Shown here in pieces: positions 43,046-52,986 of a DNA stretch of 64,000 nucleotides. The first letter of the stretch is position 1. Every line of letters starts with the position of its first letter. The notes under the pieces were generated by a model. It was not told where the DNA came from and searched no databases. It was given only the letters and a program-made list of their open reading frames with translations. The translations under genes were made by a program, and so were the position numbers. Source of the stretch: a virus. Lineage: Duplodnaviria; Caudoviricetes. Where the stretch lies: positions 5,225 through 69,224 of the IMG/VR virus record IMGVR_UViG_3300048854_000134. One strand, written 5' to 3'.

Positions 43046-44748
43046 CAGAAGCTCACTCCTGTCGGTGTCATGCTATTCATCCACTGCTCGAGCACAAGCA
43101 GGTCCGCGTCGCTGATACCACCTTTCACCGCGATCACACCGTAGATGTTGCCGGTGAAACCAGCCGTATCATTCGCGTATTGAGCACCAATCCATCCTGC
43201 GCTTGGTACGAAGCTCGACGTGAACGACGTCAGATCTACGGTTGCGCGCTGTGTCCCATTAACCCGGAGCGATCCCGTATTTCCCACTTTCCGCGAGGTC
43301 GCCACATTGGCGGCCGCATACGTCCCAGGGTTGTATGTCGCCTGAAAGTCACCTCCGGTATCGCCGTACCACTCCGCGGTAATACCGGAGGTGCTGTACA
43401 TGATTGCGCCAATGCGCCCGTAATGACTTGACGCATTGGTGGCGGACAGCGCTACTGCAGCGCGCGACGATGCAATCGGGTTCGCGGTGCCTGTTGGCGC
43501 AGCGCCGACAATCACCGCAAAGTCGTCGCCGACCAGATTGAACGGCGCCGTCATCGCATAGGGATTGCCGTTGAAGGTCAGGGCCGGTTGCGCACCGCTC
43601 ACCCACGTCGGCGGACTTGTGCCTTGAATCCCTGCCGCGCCGCTGTTCTGAAACACGTCCGGCCAAAGCGGGACCGCACCACCGTTGGAAGGCGTGCCCG
43701 TAGCGACCGAGTTGCTGAAGGCATTAGTCGGTCGGTAGAGCCGCACGTTCGCCGGCGGATACTTGTTCAGAATGTTCAGTGCGCGCTGCTCAAGCGACAG
43801 CGGGTCAATGTCCGGATGGCTGACAATAAATTGCCGCAACACTTGCCCGCGCGTGGAGATGAGCAGCCCGCTCGAATCTACGCATCCCCACTTGTAATCT
43901 GCGTCGAACATCGCGTAGTAAATGTAGCCAACGATGTTCAAGTCCCACCGATAGTTATAGGTGTCGGTCAGCACGCGCAGATTCCACGTACTCATGTCGG
44001 CGTCGCTTTGACTGTCAGCGTCGCCGTTCGCCTCCGAAATCATGATGTACGGATTGTTGAAGCGTGCCTTGAACTCTCCGATGTAATTGAAGAACGGAAC
44101 CCATCCTCCGTTATTGCTGTCTGGCGCGCAGTACGGATAGTTCCAAGCGTGGTAGCTGTGAACCCCGTAGCCCGGGAACCGAACCATCTCGCCACCGCCC
44201 GTTCCGTCCGGGTTTGTGCCATCCCACAGCATCTGCGGTGCGGCGATCTCGGCAAATGTCCAAGCGCACGAGAACGGCATGATTGTGCAATTCTGCAAAA
44301 CGCCTTGCAGACATCCGGCCATAACACCGCGAAATATCTTCCACTTCGTGTTGTCAAAATCGCTCGCGTTTGTGCCCATGACAACGCTATTCGGCATCAA
44401 GCTATCTTTGCGCGTCATCTCATTGCCGCATTCGATACCGACGACGACGTCCGAATATGATGCCAGCGCGCTTGCTACGTATGTAGCAGTCGACAGGCCA
44501 TAAGCCCGCGCCAATGCTTCGGTTGTGAACGTGACGCCGGTACTGATGTCAACCGTACTCACGTCAAGAGTCACATATAGCTTTTTCCCAGTCGCATCCG
44601 CGCGAAAACGCTGAGCCGTCGCGATAATCTCGTTCAGAGACGCATCGTTCCCTTCATAGGTTAGGCGGTATAACCCCGCACCCAAGGTTTTGAGATTGGG
44701 TAAAACTGCCGCTTTCTGAGCGGTCGAATAGTCGTAGTGCCCGTTCAC
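43045..44748 (-). CDS. Clan-A glycoside hydrolase (TIM barrel) plus LamG-like lectin domain; true N-terminus uncertain
   Basis: GNE acid/base, ISE nucleophile; frame open to 44937. Confidence 0.75.
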   Translation of the reverse strand: MNGHYDYSTAQKAAVLPNLKTLGAGLYRLTYEGNDASLNEIIATAQRFRADATGKKLYVTLDVSTVDISTGVTFTTEALARAYGLSTATYVASALASYSDVVVGIECGNEMTRKDSLMPNSVVMGTNASDFDNTKWKIFRGVMAGCLQGVLQNCTIMPFSCAWTFAEIAAPQMLWDGTNPDGTGGGEMVRFPGYGVHSYHAWNYPYCAPDSNNGGWVPFFNYIGEFKARFNNPYIMISEANGDADSQSDADMSTWNLRVLTDTYNYRWDLNIVGYIYYAMFDADYKWGCVDSSGLLISTRGQVLRQFIVSHPDIDPLSLEQRALNILNKYPPANVRLYRPTNAFSNSVATGTPSNGGAVPLWPDVFQNSGAAGIQGTSPPTWVSGAQPALTFNGNPYAMTAPFNLVGDDFAVIVGAAPTGTANPIASSRAAVALSATNASSHYGRIGAIMYSTSGITAEWYGDTGGDFQATYNPGTYAAANVATSRKVGNTGSLRVNGTQRATVDLTSFTSSFVPSAGWIGAQYANDTAGFTGNIYGVIAVKGGISDADLLVLEQWMNSMTPTGVSF

Positions 44749-44795
44749 GCCGTAAAAAGGTATAACGCCGACACCCAGGCGAGGTGTAGTGCCGG

Positions 44796-45296
44796 CTAGA
44801 CGTTTGATACCCTCAACGAATAACCGGTGATATTCAAGGTGTCGCCAGAGGTGGTCAGCGTGCCGAGGATCGTGATGCTTTGTGCCTGAGTCATGTCGAC
44901 GGTCGTCTGCGTCGGAGCGGCGGTCGGCGCCGTCGTGTTACGCACCTGCTGTGCGTTCGTCGCATTTTTTGCTTGGATGCGCACGGTGAACTCGCCAGCG
45001 GCTTGTCCTGCCATTTGCAGCGTCACGCCAAGGTCTTGATTGTTAAGCGTCGCCTTCACTGTCTTAACCGAAGCGCTGACATTCGCCGCTACGGCCACGG
45101 TCAATTCAAGAACACCATTGGCTCCCGACAATGCGCCGGCCGGAACTGCAATTGCAGGCGGCATCGGGAAAGTCGTTGCGGTGCCGTTTCCAGTAACCAC
45201 GCTTTGCGTTGCTCCGCTTGAACCAATAAGACGGCTTGAGGAGGCGACGGCCGCTGCGATAGCCGTTTGCTGCGACGGAGTAATAAAGCCGCTCAT
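44796..45296 (-). CDS. Beta-rich tail-associated protein (possibly the N-terminal part of the glycanase)
   Basis: 166-aa ORF; overlaps the open glycanase frame. Confidence 0.7.
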   Translation of the reverse strand: MSGFITPSQQTAIAAAVASSSRLIGSSGATQSVVTGNGTATTFPMPPAIAVPAGALSGANGVLELTVAVAANVSASVKTVKATLNNQDLGVTLQMAGQAAGEFTVRIQAKNATNAQQVRNTTAPTAAPTQTTVDMTQAQSITILGTLTTSGDTLNITGYSLRVSNV

Positions 45297-45302
45297 TTTT
45301 TA

Positions 45303-46478
45303 TTAACCCTCGACGATGCTGTATGTGGCGCCGGCTGTTGCTGACTGCACGTGCACGGTGGTGTTCGGAACCGCTACGTCCAAGATGAATCCCTGCCCTG
45401 CGGCGAGCGGAATCAGCGGCGCATTGGCTGCCGTTGTCAAACCGACCAAGCTGACTGAAATCGAAGCCGATGCGGACGTGTTGTAGAACATCAAGAAACG
45501 CCGCGCCGCGTTAGCGGGCAACGCCGTGTAATCGGTACCGGCCGCCGTGCAGACACCTGCCAGGCTGTTCGCCGTCGGCGTGAATGCCGGGACAATCTGC
45601 GCTTTCTGGTTCCCGTTGGTCAGCGTCGCATCGGCGGCGGCTCCAGTGGGCAGCGGCAATGCAGATGCGCTGACTGCCTGGGTCGCGGGCAAATTGGAAA
45701 CGCTGACGGACCCGATCGCATTGGCCCCCGCCGGAAGCGCGGGCAGCGATGTGACCTGAGTTTTTTGATTCCCGTTTGTCAGCGATGCATCCGTCGCGGC
45801 GCCGCTCGGAAGGGGAAGCGCCGATGCGCTAACCGGTTGAGTCGTCTGATAGAACGTCCCGGAAACGGGCACGGTGCCAGAGACAGCCACTGTCCCGCCC
45901 ACCGTCAAGGTTCCGGCGAGCTTTCCGTAGATGCCCGACAACCAGCCACGGATGCCGCTGCCGCCTGACGGCGCCGTGATACCTGTCGCGTCCACGCCAT
46001 CTGCCGCAGCGCCCGAAGGTAGCGGAAGCGCTGTTGCGCTCACTGCTTGCGTGGCCGGCAGATTCGAGACACTCACCGAGCCAATCGCGTTCGCACCGGC
46101 AGGCAATGCAGGAAGCACGGTCACTTGCGTCTTTTGCGAGCCGCCCGTCAATGTGGCGTCAGCAGCCGCGCCTGTCGGCAATGGCAACGCTGACGCGCTG
46201 ATCGAGAGCGTGCCAGTGACCGCTTTGTAGATCCCGGAGAGCCAGCCGCGGATACCGACCGCGCCCGCCGGCGGCGTTATGCCGGTACCGTCCGTGCCGT
46301 CTGCGGCCGCGCCCGTTGGAAGTGGGAGGGATGTAGCTGAAACGGGCTGCGTCTGCGGGAAGTTCGTCACGTGAGCGAGTGCACCGCCATCGCCGTTCAA
46401 GGCTGGCTGGTTTTGCTCGATTGCCTGCAGCGCGGTTTCAGCTGCTGCGTCCTGCACCGGGAAATTGATGATCGTCAT
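45303..46478 (-). CDS. Repeat-rich fibre-like protein
   Basis: Five LPLP(T/S)GAA(A/T)D repeats with alternating modules. Confidence 0.8.
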   Translation of the reverse strand: MTIINFPVQDAAAETALQAIEQNQPALNGDGGALAHVTNFPQTQPVSATSLPLPTGAAADGTDGTGITPPAGAVGIRGWLSGIYKAVTGTLSISASALPLPTGAAADATLTGGSQKTQVTVLPALPAGANAIGSVSVSNLPATQAVSATALPLPSGAAADGVDATGITAPSGGSGIRGWLSGIYGKLAGTLTVGGTVAVSGTVPVSGTFYQTTQPVSASALPLPSGAATDASLTNGNQKTQVTSLPALPAGANAIGSVSVSNLPATQAVSASALPLPTGAAADATLTNGNQKAQIVPAFTPTANSLAGVCTAAGTDYTALPANAARRFLMFYNTSASASISVSLVGLTTAANAPLIPLAAGQGFILDVAVPNTTVHVQSATAGATYSIVEG

Positions 46479-46481
46479 TTT

Positions 46482-46790
46482 TTAGGCGTCCTGGACCATT
46501 GCAAACCAATAACGGTGCGCGGTGGTGAAGAGGTAGAAAGTTGGTGCGCCGCCTTTGGTCTCGTCGGCGAGAACAAGGTATAGGCCGGTCGGTGTCGACG
46601 GCAGCGCGCTGTAGGTCGCAACCTGCAAAACGCTGATCGGCGTGCTCGTGTCGCCACCGCCCACAGCCGTGACGTTGCCGCTCGAGTCTTTCTGCCGCGC
46701 AACTCCACTGAGGTCAGTGAACTGCGTGGTGTGCCCGGACGGCGGCGTCGGGACCGTTGACGGATCCACGTTCTTTAAAACTAATGGCAT
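46482..46790 (-). CDS. Hypothetical tail-region protein
   Basis: 102-aa ORF in the cassette. Confidence 0.7.
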   Translation of the reverse strand: MPLVLKNVDPSTVPTPPSGHTTQFTDLSGVARQKDSSGNVTAVGGGDTSTPISVLQVATYSALPSTPTGLYLVLADETKGGAPTFYLFTTAHRYWFAMVQDA

Positions 46791-46793
46791 GTT

Positions 46794-47402
46794 CTAAACC
46801 TCGATCAGGAAGCCATCGACTTGAAGGGTGCCGTCAATCTGGATCGGCATAGCCGACACAACCTGAGCGGAATCGGGAATAACGAACGTCGAACCATCTG
46901 CGACACTGGCCGGCGCGTATGACGGGCTGCTCGGCGAGCTGGGCGAACTAGGCGTGCCCGGCGTGCTCGTGCCGTCGCTTTGCACGACCCAAAGCGTCAA
47001 ATACACACTGCCGCGCGCAACTGAATAGCCCTGCCCAGCCTGCGAATACACGCGGCACTCCCACAGGCCCAGGCGATACGTCGGTGCGCCGTCGGAGAAT
47101 TGCGCGAGCGGACGGATTGCAAAAGGCGCAGGCACGAACGCAGCAGCATCGGCATCCGTTACAAAAATCGTGATGCTGTTGGCCGTGACAGTCGCGCCGC
47201 TTTTCGTCGTGCTCAACACAATGCCGCCGTCCGTCGACGACTTCGTCAGCAGCGCCGTTGCAGCCGGTCCCTGCCGAATCTGCATCCGCGCAGTGAAGTT
47301 CGTCAGGTCAAGCAATGCACCCGACGAGTCTCTTAGGTTTGGGATAACAATCTGATTCCCGATTCCCTGATCAAATGTCAGGTCGGTCAACGCTGCTGTC
47401 AT
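46794..47402 (-). CDS. Baseplate/tailspike adaptor-like protein
   Basis: DLTNFTARMQIR..LLT.ST..GGI pattern; S/P-rich linker. Confidence 0.7.
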   Translation of the reverse strand: MTAALTDLTFDQGIGNQIVIPNLRDSSGALLDLTNFTARMQIRQGPAATALLTKSSTDGGIVLSTTKSGATVTANSITIFVTDADAAAFVPAPFAIRPLAQFSDGAPTYRLGLWECRVYSQAGQGYSVARGSVYLTLWVVQSDGTSTPGTPSSPSSPSSPSYAPASVADGSTFVIPDSAQVVSAMPIQIDGTLQVDGFLIEV

Positions 47403-47512
47403 GGGTAGTCCAGACGTAAAAAAACCGCCACGAGGCGGTTACTTGATTTTGTTGTTACGCAACGTTTCTCGATGGCCTGCTATCATCCGCCGACAAAACC
47501 GAGGGGGAGCCA

Positions 47513-48607
47513 ATGAGTCAAGTCATTCGAATTGCTGGGAACAATTTCAGAATAAACGGAGATGATCTTTACGCCCGCAGTCTAGGCGAACAATTTGATC
47601 CTGATCTCGTTTCTGTTATCGCAGTTTTATGCGATGACGGGTGCAACGCTTTAGATGTTGGTGGAAACATCGGTTTAACTGCCTTAGCACTGTCTCAGAT
47701 TGTAGGATCCGGCAAGGTTGTAGCCGTTGAGCCGGTTCCAAGAACCTTCAACATCCTCTCTTCAAACGTTTCTGGCATGGAAAATGTCTCAACGCGAAAT
47801 TTCGCCTTTGGCAAGGTGTCCGGTACGTTGCCCATGCAAGGTTACGAAGACAACCTGTCTGGATCTTTCATCGCTGACGCCTTTCATATCAACGACAGCA
47901 ACCATTTCACAGTCGACGTTCCGGTAAAGACGATCGACGAATCGTTTGCAACGCTTGGACTCGAAAGCCTCGACTTCATGAAGATTGACGTTGAAGGGTT
48001 CGAGCTCGATGTCCTAGAAGGCGGCATCGAGACTTTGAATCGGTTCAAGCCGCGCGTTGTACTCGAAATGAACCACTGGTGTCTGAATATGTTCCGTCGC
48101 ATCTCCATCCCAGAATTCAGGGAGCGGCTAGCCGCGATTTTCCCTTACATATATGCGGTGGAGGGGGCTGAATATCTCGACTTCGCCAACGTGGATACTG
48201 CTTACTCAATCAGCCATCGACATATCATCGAGGGAAAGTTCTCAAACATCGTTGCCGGGTTTGATCGTAGTGACCTCATCAAGCGTTTAGCTTCTCTTGA
48301 CCGAGCCCGCCATGCCATCAATGCAGCAAACAATAGCGCGCGCACCCCCATAGAGGACGAGGCCCTGTTAGCGGCCAAAGATCGTGCTGAATCGCTAGAA
48401 CGACAGCTTCACGAATCAACTCGTCAGCTACAGGAGTTGAATAGCAGAATTCACTCCGATCAAAATTTGATTCGACACGCGACGCGTGCGCAAGAAATTT
48501 TACAAGCGGAACGCGATGCATTGAAACAGCACAATGCGGCGCTTGTCGGGTCAACGTCTTGGCGCGTCACCGCGCCGATACGCGCAATCAAAAAAATCAT
48601 CTCGTAG
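47513..48607 (+). CDS. FkbM-family methyltransferase with C-terminal coiled coil (moron)
   Basis: LDVGGNIG, VEP, MKIDVEGFE..VL.G; ends STSWRVTAPIR; opposite strand, lower GC. Confidence 0.9.
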   Translation: MSQVIRIAGNNFRINGDDLYARSLGEQFDPDLVSVIAVLCDDGCNALDVGGNIGLTALALSQIVGSGKVVAVEPVPRTFNILSSNVSGMENVSTRNFAFGKVSGTLPMQGYEDNLSGSFIADAFHINDSNHFTVDVPVKTIDESFATLGLESLDFMKIDVEGFELDVLEGGIETLNRFKPRVVLEMNHWCLNMFRRISIPEFRERLAAIFPYIYAVEGAEYLDFANVDTAYSISHRHIIEGKFSNIVAGFDRSDLIKRLASLDRARHAINAANNSARTPIEDEALLAAKDRAESLERQLHESTRQLQELNSRIHSDQNLIRHATRAQEILQAERDALKQHNAALVGSTSWRVTAPIRAIKKIIS

Positions 48608-48628
48608 AACGATTGCTATGATGCCGGC

Positions 48629-49036
48629 CTACGCTGGAGCAGTGGGCCAATTGGGCTGAGTCTGCGTCAGATCGACTGCTTTCACGCCCCGGCTATAAGC
48701 TACCCACGCTTTAGCTGAGGCCGTTTCTGCGTCGGTTGCTTCCCCGAGCGAAACAGCCATTTGAAGTGGCGCGATGGCAACAGAAGCCAATTGCAACAAC
48801 TGATCGCGAACATTCGTGTTTGCCGCCAAGACCTCGGCGGGGGTCGGTGGGATTACTTCTGGTATCGGGGGTTGTTGGAACACACCATCTGCGTAGCCTA
48901 GTCCAATGTGCGGAACGTCACCATCCTTGATAAGGATCGCGGTTTGTCCATCGTCTGGCGTCCATGTATCAGTATTCCCATCCCAAACAACCACGTTGAT
49001 GACGATGCCGTCTTCGATCAGTGCATATGTGGTCAT
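48629..49036 (-). CDS. Tail fibre assembly chaperone
   Basis: YALIEDG.V.NVVVWDG..; L...GEAT.AE....AW..Y...AVD....WP.AP. Confidence 0.85.
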   Translation of the reverse strand: MTTYALIEDGIVINVVVWDGNTDTWTPDDGQTAILIKDGDVPHIGLGYADGVFQQPPIPEVIPPTPAEVLAANTNVRDQLLQLASVAIAPLQMAVSLGEATDAETASAKAWVAYSRGVKAVDLTQTQPNWPTAPA

Positions 49037-49040
49037 ATTT

Positions 49041-50345
49041 TTACCATTCAATGATTAGTAAACCCGGCGCGCCAGCACTCCCCACTGCAGCGGACGACGT
49101 CGAGGAAGAATTATAATTTCCGCCGGAGCCGCCTCCGCCGGACCCGAACCCGGTCCCGGGGTAGCCCACCAAGTTTGATCCTGAAGAAGCACGCCGGCCG
49201 CCACCGCCGCCACCAAACGGGCTACTTCCGCCAGAGCCGGCGACGCCCCCAATACCGTTGGTGACATCGCTCCCGTCTTGTCCGGCAGGAAATCCAGCCC
49301 CACCAGCGCCCCCCGCCCAAGCTGCGGTACTTGCCCCCGCCGCTCCAACGGCACCGCCGCCTCCTCCACCTAGCGCAATTGACCCTGCTGCAAATGAAGT
49401 AGTGCCTCCAGGGCCGCCCGAATTTCCCGCTGCTCCCGCCGCACCTGCAGCGCCAATCGTAAAACTGTAGGTTGTTCCAGGAACCACAGTGACAGGCGCT
49501 CGCACCAAAGAATTTCCCGCCCCCCCACCGCCGCCTGCAGCAGATATAAAACCGGTACTTCCAATTGCTACAGATCCAGCTCCGCCGCCACCTCCGCCGC
49601 AACCACTTACGTAAATCTGAGTTACCCCGGTCGGAGCGGTGAAAGTCCCGCTTGATGTGTACCGGGCAATACCGTGAAGAGGAATCGCTTGAATCTGCGC
49701 AAGCAAAGCAGCGCTTAAAAACGGCGCTCCCGTGTATTGCGAGATCATCGCCGACGTGATCGTGGTCGCGCCGTATGGCACGGTCACGACCCACAAGCCG
49801 TTGAAGCCAGCGTCAGGCGTAGGCACCACTTGTGAGCCGGTCGTCGCGCCGGCGCCAGCCTTCAGTTGCAACTGAACCGTGTTGTCACGATACGTCGTGT
49901 TCGACGTTCCTGTTCCGTTCGGTCCGCTATATGCCTGCGCGGGATTGCTGGCGTTGTAGTACGGCAGCACTACTGATCCTGCATCGACCTCCTGAAATGC
50001 GCCTTCGATCAAATACGAGATCGAAAAGCCAGCTGTGGTCGGCGCTGGACACGCGAAATTTACTGCGTCCAGCAAAATGCCTTGTTTAACAATCAGATGA
50101 GCGTCTGCAGCGAGCGATGAGTACGCTCCAGAATCGGTCGCCTGATACGAATACGCACGTCCAGGATTAACATTCACGGTCATACCCGCGGGGGTCGTGG
50201 GTACACAACCGAGACCGGAGAACAAGGTGGACGTCCCAAGCACGTCTTGTAGAACGTGACCAAGCGCGATCATCGCGTTCTTGTTCGTATTGAGCACATC
50301 GGTTTCGAGCGGAATCGCGCCCGGGTAGACGATTTGACGCTTCAT
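49041..50345 (-). CDS. Tail fibre protein with Gly-rich C-terminus
   Basis: RQIVYPGAIPLETD.L N-terminus; SSGTFTAP.GVT..GGGGGG. Confidence 0.88.
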   Translation of the reverse strand: MKRQIVYPGAIPLETDVLNTNKNAMIALGHVLQDVLGTSTLFSGLGCVPTTPAGMTVNVNPGRAYSYQATDSGAYSSLAADAHLIVKQGILLDAVNFACPAPTTAGFSISYLIEGAFQEVDAGSVVLPYYNASNPAQAYSGPNGTGTSNTTYRDNTVQLQLKAGAGATTGSQVVPTPDAGFNGLWVVTVPYGATTITSAMISQYTGAPFLSAALLAQIQAIPLHGIARYTSSGTFTAPTGVTQIYVSGCGGGGGGAGSVAIGSTGFISAAGGGGGAGNSLVRAPVTVVPGTTYSFTIGAAGAAGAAGNSGGPGGTTSFAAGSIALGGGGGGAVGAAGASTAAWAGGAGGAGFPAGQDGSDVTNGIGGVAGSGGSSPFGGGGGGRRASSGSNLVGYPGTGFGSGGGGSGGNYNSSSTSSAAVGSAGAPGLLIIEW

Positions 50346-50408
50346 AGGTCGGCTTCCAAAAATGAAAAAGCCCGCGCATTGGCGGGCTGAGATTTTCGCA
50401 GTACAGGT

Positions 50409-51842
50409 TTAACTGCTGATGCGTGTCCAGGTGATCGTTCCCGCTGGTATCACCGAGGCTATTGCTGCATAGATGTCGGCGTCAGTCACGGCAGTCTGAA
50501 CCATCGAAAGGCTTGCGTACTCGCCGCGGGATCCGACGCTATACCCAGCAGGGGATGATCCGTAGCCTGCAACGTATGGAATGCCGATACCGATCGGGCG
50601 ATATGCGGTGACGAATGCTTGATACGGCAGCAAGAGAGATCCGTACGCTCCAGCAACGCCATAGCCGCCGAGGTAGCCATACTTCGGCGCTACCGAGAAC
50701 GTTTTAGTGACGCCGTCGCCGACCGAGAAGTTGGCATTCGATACGGTGACGTTCGCGCGCTTCTGCGAGCTCGCGTAAGTGCCGGACCACGATAGCGCAG
50801 CGCTGACGACCGGCGCTGCCGGGAAGACGATCGCACCGCTCGCACTGTACGAAAAATCAGTTGCCGTCGCCGAACCGGTCGTCGTCGGAATATACGAATT
50901 CGGCGTCGGAGTCTGCTCGGCCTGCGCGCCCCAAAGAGAGATTGTGCCGGGTCGATCCAGCGGATAGACAACGAACGAGTCCTGAGCGATAGATGCCGGC
51001 TCGGGAAACGTTATGGCGCAGCGATAAAAGCCATTCGGCGCGGCCAGCATTGCAGCGGTAGCGCCGCCCGACGAACTCACGACGACACCGGTGAACAAAT
51101 TGAAAACAGCCAGCGCTGCCGGCGAAAGCTTGTCATTGCTCAGTGCAAACTGCGCACCGACCGACCCTGCCTTCGCAAAGATGTAGTACGTCTGCGGCGC
51201 GCCCGGCGTGTTGTTTAGCAGGTAATACAGGTTGCCGCCGACGCTGGATGTGAACGACACCAGCGACGCCGTGTTCGATCCGTCGGGCGCGATTCCCGCG
51301 TTTGCTGCGATCGTCGTGCCAAGGTAAGCGGCGAAATTGTTGATCGACGGCACATTGTTCGTGCGCGGCGTCGAATACAACTGCTGTGGGCCCTGCCAGT
51401 CGCTGCGAAAGATCTGCGGCGTACCGATGATCGTTATTGAATCAGTTCCGCCATACCCGCCGGTGTCGGAAGGCCGTTTCGGCTCGACGATCAGCGGCGC
51501 TCGACCGGTCAAGTCAGTCAACACTTTCACGACTGCTGCGCGGGTTCCGCGCTCGCGGAACATATTGACAATGATGCGGTTCAGAAACGATGGATCTGAT
51601 TCGTTTGTGCGTCGAATCAAGTCGGCGCCGAAAAAGTCGGCCGCGATCATATCCAACCATCCGCCTGTTGCGCTTTTAATCCGCGTCTGCAGGATGGCGT
51701 AGCCGATCAGCAAATAGATGAACGCAAAGCCCGTCGCAGCGCCACGCATCAGTGCCGTCACGACCGGTGGGCTATCACCAAACCACCGCGGCAAGTAGCC
51801 CATTAGCCGCGAGAAGATGTCGTCGTTGTCGCCAGTCGCCAT
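50409..51842 (-). CDS. Baseplate wedge protein with inserted carbohydrate-binding-like domain
   Basis: ATGGWLD.IA.DFFG, R..E.D..F..RI, RGTR; follows baseplate J. Confidence 0.8.
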   Translation of the reverse strand: MATGDNDDIFSRLMGYLPRWFGDSPPVVTALMRGAATGFAFIYLLIGYAILQTRIKSATGGWLDMIAADFFGADLIRRTNESDPSFLNRIIVNMFRERGTRAAVVKVLTDLTGRAPLIVEPKRPSDTGGYGGTDSITIIGTPQIFRSDWQGPQQLYSTPRTNNVPSINNFAAYLGTTIAANAGIAPDGSNTASLVSFTSSVGGNLYYLLNNTPGAPQTYYIFAKAGSVGAQFALSNDKLSPAALAVFNLFTGVVVSSSGGATAAMLAAPNGFYRCAITFPEPASIAQDSFVVYPLDRPGTISLWGAQAEQTPTPNSYIPTTTGSATATDFSYSASGAIVFPAAPVVSAALSWSGTYASSQKRANVTVSNANFSVGDGVTKTFSVAPKYGYLGGYGVAGAYGSLLLPYQAFVTAYRPIGIGIPYVAGYGSSPAGYSVGSRGEYASLSMVQTAVTDADIYAAIASVIPAGTITWTRISS

Positions 51843-51843
51843 C

Positions 51844-52986
51844 TTAATTTACCGTCAAAGTTGCTGCCTTGATTGTCTGCTGCGCGTTCGCACTGATGTC
51901 TGCAGTTCCGCCGTTGAGCGTCACGCCGGTGACATTCGTCACGCCCGGAGAAGCGTCATACGCGACTTGTGCCAGCTTGCTGTACGGCAGCAGCATGACC
52001 TGTGTGGTTGCGTCGCGCGGCAAAGTGTTGATGAAGTTCTGCAGGGCGGCGATCACGACGGCCACAACCGCGCTATGTGTGTAGCCGGCCGCCGTTGCAA
52101 TAGTCATCACGATGCTTGCGGATACCACGTTCGGCTTAAAGACGTCGAAGGTCACAGTGAAAGGACGTACTTGGTCGATGGCGTTGTACACGGTCGACAC
52201 AAGAGAGTCGGGCGGCGCGCCAGATCCGTCGTCGATGACCGCAAAGAAATAGCCAGGCTGGTACACGCCTGCTTTCGTCTGGTTCTCCGTCAGCGTTTCG
52301 GTAATACCCTGTTGCAGCGACAGGATTGCGTAAACGATCGCGGCTTTCGTAGCCTTCGACAAGCTCTTGAGGTACGAGATGAAGCGAGCACGAAGAGCAG
52401 GATCCGTCTCCGCATCCACGCCGCTTGTCAGTGCAGCTGCGTTCGTGACCGTATCGACACCAGGAATCGCCTGTGCGAGCGCACTGATGGATCCTGAAAC
52501 GACATTTGCGCCGGTCCCAGCGGTCAGTGCGATAACCGGCGCGGTCACGCTCGCCACGCCCGGCGCCAGAACATAGCCACTCAGCGCAGCGCTGTATGCG
52601 GCGTTTGTAGAGTCGAGCTCGACAGCGAACTGTTGCGATCCATCGCCCGTTTGGACCAGTGCGCCGATCGGCACAACCGCCTGCTGAGTAGGCGTGAAAC
52701 GCGAAAACGTCTCCTGTCCGGTTGCAAACGACGCCGGCAGTCGCGTAAGCCCGAAGTCAGCAACGAATGAATCGAGATCCGCTCCATTCGAGGTTGCCGC
52801 TCGAGTCTTCGCGAGCACCTGCAGGATCATCCCCTGCAACCACAAGACGCATGCTGCTTGTGCTTCAGACAGCGCACGGAGCACAGAGCCGATCGTGAAG
52901 TCGACCAGCCGCGATGAGTAACCCTGAACCGCCGTCGCATAGTCTTGCACGATCGTCGTGAACGACTTGGTTTGCAGGTCCGACAT
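51844..52986 (-). CDS. Baseplate J-like protein
   Basis: GS.LRAL.EA, DLD..ADFG.TR.PA, G.D.ETD..LR.R. Confidence 0.92.
   Translation of the reverse strand: MSDLQTKSFTTIVQDYATAVQGYSSRLVDFTIGSVLRALSEAQAACVLWLQGMILQVLAKTRAATSNGADLDSFVADFGLTRLPASFATGQETFSRFTPTQQAVVPIGALVQTGDGSQQFAVELDSTNAAYSAALSGYVLAPGVASVTAPVIALTAGTGANVVSGSISALAQAIPGVDTVTNAAALTSGVDAETDPALRARFISYLKSLSKATKAAIVYAILSLQQGITETLTENQTKAGVYQPGYFFAVIDDGSGAPPDSLVSTVYNAIDQVRPFTVTFDVFKPNVVSASIVMTIATAAGYTHSAVVAVVIAALQNFINTLPRDATTQVMLLPYSKLAQVAYDASPGVTNVTGVTLNGGTADISANAQQTIKAATLTVN

Noticed and set aside
49100-49620. G-rich low-complexity run as a possible DNA repeat element
   Set aside because: Explained by Gly-rich codons of the tail fibre
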